A stretch of 64,000 nt of DNA. It comes from Salpingoeca rosetta. Lineage: Eukaryota > Protista > Choanoflagellata. The notes beneath the pieces are model-generated. The model had not been told where the DNA came from. It saw only the letters and a list, made by a program, of their open reading frames with translations, and ran no database searches. Below are positions 58,142-64,000 of this stretch, piece after piece. The translations under genes were made by a program, and so were the position numbers. The stretch's first letter is position 1. The number at the start of each line of letters is the position of its first letter. The stretch lies in assembly GCA_033442325.1 (NCBI GenBank), contig JAWQFM010000003.1, positions 62,001 through 126,000 on the forward strand. The letters are read 5' to 3'.

Positions 58142-59485
58142 ACACATGACTCACGCATCGCGGGCAAATGTGGCGATGAGGCCACGGTTGACGTTGCGCA
58201 GGCCGCCCTCCTTGTAGAGCTGCTTGAAGGCGTCCATGGTGCCGTTGTACTTGGGCTTCTCCGCAGCGTTCTGTCACGAGGGAAGGGACGACGAGTGGGA
58301 GTTGGTGTGTGCGGGGAAGAAGGGAATGCAGTGAGGCAGCAGCCGCGCAACGGAGGGTGGAGGAAACAGAAACGACAGACGCGCAGAGGGGCACGCAGGC
58401 ATGGGGCAACGTATGTACACACACTGTCTCTCTCATTCAGATGCACACACCCATACACACACACACCCATACACACACACACACAGGACAGACACAGACA
58501 CAAACACACACAAACACATTCATACATACAAACACACACAAACACATTCATACATACAAACACACAAATATGTACACACACCTGAGTTTGGAGGAGGCAC
58601 TTGACACGCTCGCCAGGGGCCATGATCGGGGTGGTGAAGAGGGCGGAGGTTGCGCCGGCAAGGGCGAGCTGGCCAAGCTTCCTGTTCTCAATGGCATCTT
58701 CGTCGCAGAACAGCTTCTTGCCGTAGCTGTCGGTACACCAAAGTGCATGAGAGCAGGGTGAAACAACAGCGACACCGGCGGCAAGAGGGATGGACAGACA
58801 GCGACACGAGCGGGCCGGATGATGCACGCAGGGTCAAATGCAACCACACAATCACATTCCAACACATGCAAACCCACAATCACACACTCACACACTCCAA
58901 CACATCCACTCACACGCACGCGCACATACACGCACACAAACACCACAGGTATCCATACCTGTAGCCGAGGAAGCACAGGGCGAACATTGGAGCAACGCCA
59001 GCCAGAGGCGCAGCAACTCCCTTGTAGAGTCCAAAGAACCCCTCCTACATGCCAAAACACACGCGAACACAACATAACTGCCGTTGTGAGATGTCGTGCA
59101 CGGCAGACACACACACACATACACAGAGACACAGTCACAAGCACGAGCGAAGCATAGTGCCTCCAACACGCAACTGTTCTTCTGGCCTCATACCTTGGTC
59201 ACGGTCTGCCGGGCGCAATCGAACAGGCCAGAGTATTGGGGTGGCTTCCCGGGCACATGGGTCATGTTCTGCAACCGAACCTGGTTTGCGCACATTCGTT
59301 CGTGCGTGTTGTATGTGTGTGTTGTGTGTTGTGTGTTGTGTTGTGTGTGTGCATGAGTGTATGTGTTTGTGTGCGTGTGTGCACACACACGTTCAGTTGC
59401 AAACATGAAAAGCCAACTCACATCCATCGCATACAGAACACACACACACATACACACACACACACACAGGCACATAGGCACACAC

Positions 59486-59532
<47 letters not shown>

Positions 59533-59674
59533 CCCTCTTCTCCAACTCCTTTGTGCACACCTTGATCGTGTCGAGAGGATGACCAACAATCACAAGGGCC
59601 ACGCCACCAACGCCGCCAGCAATGAAGGAGCGCAGCGCTCCAGGCTGCTTGCTCATGCCTTTGTCTTCAGCCAT
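56864..59674 (-). CDS. SLC25A20: Mitochondrial carnitine/acylcarnitine carrier
   Basis: [77 protein letters not shown] and [14 protein letters not shown]: three carrier repeats with CACT-type motifs. Confidence 0.92.
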
Positions 59675-59990
59675 TGTCACGCTCGTCGTGTGGATGTGCG
59701 GATTGGACGCAGATCAATTCTTCGGGTCTTTGGGTGGTGCAGCAGCAGCTTCGCTTGTTGTCGATCGGGATGTGGGCTGGTGGGAATGGCGCGGCACAAA
59801 CACCAGCAACTCCAAAAAACCAAAAAACAACAAAACTCCGCTATTTGATGATTCGATGGCAATTTACGATCATCACTGCGCTGCACAACAAACAAGAAGA
59901 AGAAGAAGAAGAACAACGTCCACTTCTCCTGCCTCCGAACTGCTCACCGACTGTCGCTTCAGCGCTCGCGCTCTCACCCTCCAACCTCCA

Positions 59991-60599
59991 ATGGCGTCGT
60001 CGTTGCTCTCGCGTGCGGTGCTGAGAGGCACCCGGCGGCTAGTCGGGGCCATGGCTGCCCGCCGCCATGTCGGGCCTGTTGGTATACGTGCCCCTGCGCT
60101 GTCTCAAGCAGGGTTCGCGTGGCATTCCACTGCGCGAAACGACGCAAACAACAACAACAGCAGCAGCGGCACAAATGCAAACAACGGTGACCGAGCCAAC
60201 TTGGCCACTTCCACAGCAGATGCCACTACGGAAACCGTCACCAGCCTCACGGACATTGGCATCTTCTCAGACCCAGGGTGCAAGAAAGGCAACGAGGACC
60301 GCTTTGTTGTCGGTTCCGTCGGGCCCTACAGCGTCATTGGCGTGTTTGGTAAGCTGTCAAGTCTCAGTCCTGCAGAGTCCGGGGCCGGGTGGGGGTTGCC
60401 TTCTGTTTTCATCCATACCCTTTTGTTCATCACGTCAGTTTGGTGTTGCTTTGTTTTTACGGCTTGCATGACACGTTGGCGGTGACGCCGACAACAACCA
60501 CAACAACCACAACTACAACCACAACCATAACCACAACACGCGCTGAGTCAACACACTGAGTGAATACGTTTCACCTCCGTTTCCATTCACACTCACGTT

Positions 60600-60667
<68 letters not shown>

Positions 60668-61441
60668 GCGCACATTTGGCTGGCAGACGGCCACTCTGGA
60701 TCGATGGCGGCGGACTATGTGGCAGACAACTTGCTGACACTGATGCGTGAGCTGCTGCCCACGTCCACCAACAACGCGGAGAGTCTGTTGGAGGCACTTG
60801 TACACCGCCTGTGCAGCGGCCTCTTTGAGTTTATGGGCGCACAGTACCCGCTGGAGAAGATGCATAGCGGCACCACGGCCAGCATCGTCCTCGTGAACGA
60901 CAGCATGGTTCATTTTGCCCACGTCGGGGACAGCCGGCTGCTGCTGGTGCGCGGCGGCGCGCCTGTGCAGCTCACCCGCGACCACCGTCTCGAGGACGAC
61001 AAGGAGCGGCAGCGCATCTTGGATGCCGGCGGGCGCGTCACATACACGGGGATCCCGCGGGTGGACGGCCGCCTGGCCATGACACGTGCCATCGGCGCCT
61101 TCTCCCTGCGCGACCAGGGCATCACGTGCGAGCCCGATATCGGGTCCCTCCCGCTCGACGCAGCCGTGGACAGCGCGCTCATTGTCGGCACGGACGGGCT
61201 GTTTGACGAGTTGCGGAATGACGAGGTGGTGTCGATTGCCGCCCAGCACAGGACAGCCAATGGTGCAGCACACGCGCTGGGGGAAGCCGCCCTCATGTAC
61301 CGCGCGCGCGATAACGTCACGGTTGCTGTCGTGCCGCTGCCTGCTTGGTCGAGTCTGCACAACTCAGCCAGCAGCAGCAGCAGCAGCAGCAGTACACAGC
61401 CGTTTGGACTGGACCGCAACCTTGTGCGACGCGTGTCTTAA
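59991..61441 (+). CDS. PP2C phosphatase, PPM1K-like (mitochondrial)
   Basis: Presequence MASSLLSRAVLRGTRR; NEDRF, VF/DGHSG, SGTTA, AHVGDSR, LTRDH, GRLAMTRAIG, GTDGL and ARDNVT. Two exons (~59991-60348 and ~60688-61441). Confidence 0.88.
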
Positions 61442-61851
61442 AGCACGACCGTGCACGTGCGCTCATGTGGATGCAAACGGCGTGCATGCGTTCTTGTGTG
61501 GGCGGGCGTGTTTGCACATGGCTTCGTTGCGACGTTGGTTGTGCTGTGACTTGCTTGCTTGCTTGCGTGCTTGTCGTTTTGACAACCTGTCTGTCATTTC
61601 CTGTTGTTATTCAACGCTTTGCTTTGTTGCTATCATGGCGGTTGGCCTGGACAACCCCACCCGTGCTGGTGCTGGTGCCTTTCATCTGTTGTGATTTCCC
61701 CCTTGCTCCTCATCATTCATATGTCATTGACATGTGCACACACACATGCACACACATTCTTCATATAGTAAACGTACACCCTTATTCTTGGGCCCTTGTG
61801 TAACTGTTGATGGTCGGTGAAATGGGTGCGTATGTTGTTCTCGTGGTTGAA

Positions 61852-61997
<146 letters not shown>

Positions 61998-62276
61998 AAT
62001 TGTTGGTGGTATTGTGGCCTTGGTTGCGAGCATATCTGTGGCGCTTTTGTACTGCCGTGGAGGTTACAGCACGCAAAGTGCAAAGTGGGAGCGAGACAGG
62101 AAGCAAAAGTGCGAGGAAGCAAGCAAGCAAAGGGGGCAATTAACGGAACAACGATCGAAAAGGACAAACCAGGCACAGGAGGTGGGGGAGGAGGGGACGG
62201 GAAGAGGGAGAAGGGAGAAAGCGGAAACAGCGAATCAGAAGGGTACAGCGACAACAGCGAGTGGAAGCTGCACTGC

Positions 62277-62496
62277 TCAGTGCATGCCCTGCACACGTTT
62301 CACCTCCGTCTGTCACATGAAGGTGAGGCGAGCGAAGAAGAAGAGTGGCAGGTGGGAGAAGAAGGACAATGTGAGTTCATGCGCGATGATGTGAGGGGAG
62401 GAGAACAGACACACACAGACATGTGCACAGAGGGGGTAACACGCACGCACAAACACAAACGGACAACACACAAAAGTGATAAACACACAAACGCAC

Positions 62497-62553
<57 letters not shown>

Positions 62554-63802
62554 GCACGCACACGCAGACAAATTACACACCTCAAACTCGTGTGTCATGC
62601 GCGTGATATCGGCGCGGCAGTCTGCAAGCGCCGTTTTCAACGCTTCTTTGGGCGAATAATCTAGGAACGGTCCAGACACGGCCACACCAAAAGCAGTACA
62701 GGTGAGAAGGGCCGCAACAGGCATTTCACCCAGCAGCACTCGATTATGTCACCGTGTCTCTGTGTTGCTGACCTGGCGTTGTCTGTATTCTGAGCAAAAG
62801 ATGGTGTTCCAGAGGATGAGGGCAGCGGTAGCCTGTGCAAATGGTGATGATGAAAATAGTGTTTGCAGTATTGTACGTGGGTGAATGCGGATCGACGTTG
62901 GACATGAGTACTGTCATGCCGACTTTGCAGTTCCATGTCGCAGCAACAAGACAGGACGCGTGCGCAGCATGTACCCTGGTGAGCACTCAAGACAAGCATG
63001 TACACACAGACACACACAGACACACAAACACACACGGAGATACAGACACACAGACACACAGACACAGAGGTACAGATACAGACACAGTCACGTTGGGGTG
63101 CGCACCAGAGAACAAGACGCGTGGATCTCTGCGGAGTTGGCTGCATTAGCATCACACAGAGGCACACAGGCGTGAGTACCGCATAGGCTAGTGTTGCGGT
63201 GCCATCGATTGGTGTTTGTCATTTTGGTGCTGTTGCATTGTGTGATTCAAGGAGCGTTGCGTCATTGGAATGGGTGCCGCAAGCAAGTAAGGCGTGGTGG
63301 GGAGCACCTTGCAAGCATGTTTCCGAGGGTGTGGTCTTCGCGGTTGATGCGGAACGTGCCGGCATTTGGCACTTTTGTGTCTGGCGTGTAGGTGACCTTT
63401 TGCTCACCCGGAGCCAGCAAGATGCGGTCTGCAAGACGAACACGCACAAACACATGAGCCAACCGCAACGGGGCGCAACAAGAAACGCGCAACCACACAA
63501 AGGGGTATCGAAACGCACAGAGACAGACAGACAGACAGAGAGAGACAGAGAGGGAGACAGAGAGGGAGACAGAGGGGGACACACGAACACAGACACATAC
63601 AGACAGTCACACACGTACATGCGTACACAGACACAGACACACACGTACATGCGTACACAGGCACACGTACATGCGTACACAGACACAGACACACAGACAC
63701 ACACATGAACACACACGAACACACACGAACACACACACAGACACAATCCAAGCCACCCATCGCAATGGTGGACCACGCACCAAACGTCTCAGGAGCGTTC
63801 AT
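62277..63802 (-). CDS. POLR2J: RNA polymerase II subunit RPB11
   Basis: MNAPETF / [29 protein letters not shown] / [11 protein letters not shown] / [10 protein letters not shown]...RIQTTP / DYSPKEAL. The last exon [10 protein letters not shown] is inferred. Confidence 0.93.
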
Positions 63803-63869
63803 CGTCGTCGGTGGCTTGTTGGAAAATTAACGACACCACATACAAATCCTCTACAACACGACCACCACG

Positions 63870-63923
63870 ATGAGCAGCAGCAACAAAGTCTTGAAACCAG
63901 CGCATCGCTGGCTCTTGCTCAGA
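63870..63923 (+). CDS. Possible first exon of the next gene, divergent from RPB11
   Basis: ATG after an A/C-rich leader, MSSSNKVLKPAHRWLLLR, then a GT and TG-rich intron-like sequence. Too short to identify. Confidence 0.3.
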
Positions 63924-64000
63924 GTGTAGGTTCCACCGTTATGCCTCGGTGTGCATGCGTGTGTGTGTATGTGTGTGCATGTACCACAGTGGTTACCCAC

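Overview
Eukaryotic, gene-dense and intron-rich DNA in which most introns carry (TG)n/(CA)n microsatellites. Gene content and repeat style suggest a choanoflagellate such as Salpingoeca rosetta; this is an inference, not a database match. Most long ORFs in the supplied track are microsatellite artefacts. Splicing exons by eye gives about 17 genes: IP3 3-kinase (5' end outside the window), PIG-Q, an RMDN-family protein, EBAG9-like, a LEM-like+LEM+TM (LAP2-like) protein, FoxJ1, a coiled-coil protein, NSUN2, a GT77-type glycosyltransferase, OATP/SLCO, MDH1, PTPA, Jagunal, PRORP, a PPR protein, a divergent KDM6-like JmjC protein, SLC25A20, a PPM1K-like PP2C and RPB11. There are also two identical tRNA-Glu(CTC) genes. 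The most notable observations are: (1) a ~6.2 kb interval bracketed by the two outward-facing tRNA-Glu genes, holding a KDM6/UTX-like gene with an altered cofactor pocket and a 162-bp tandem repeat; (2) a LAP2/thymopoietin-like architecture; (3) PRORP head-to-head with an intronless PPR gene; (4) repeated tight divergent gene pairs. All assignments come from recalled family motifs; exon boundaries and some starts are approximate.
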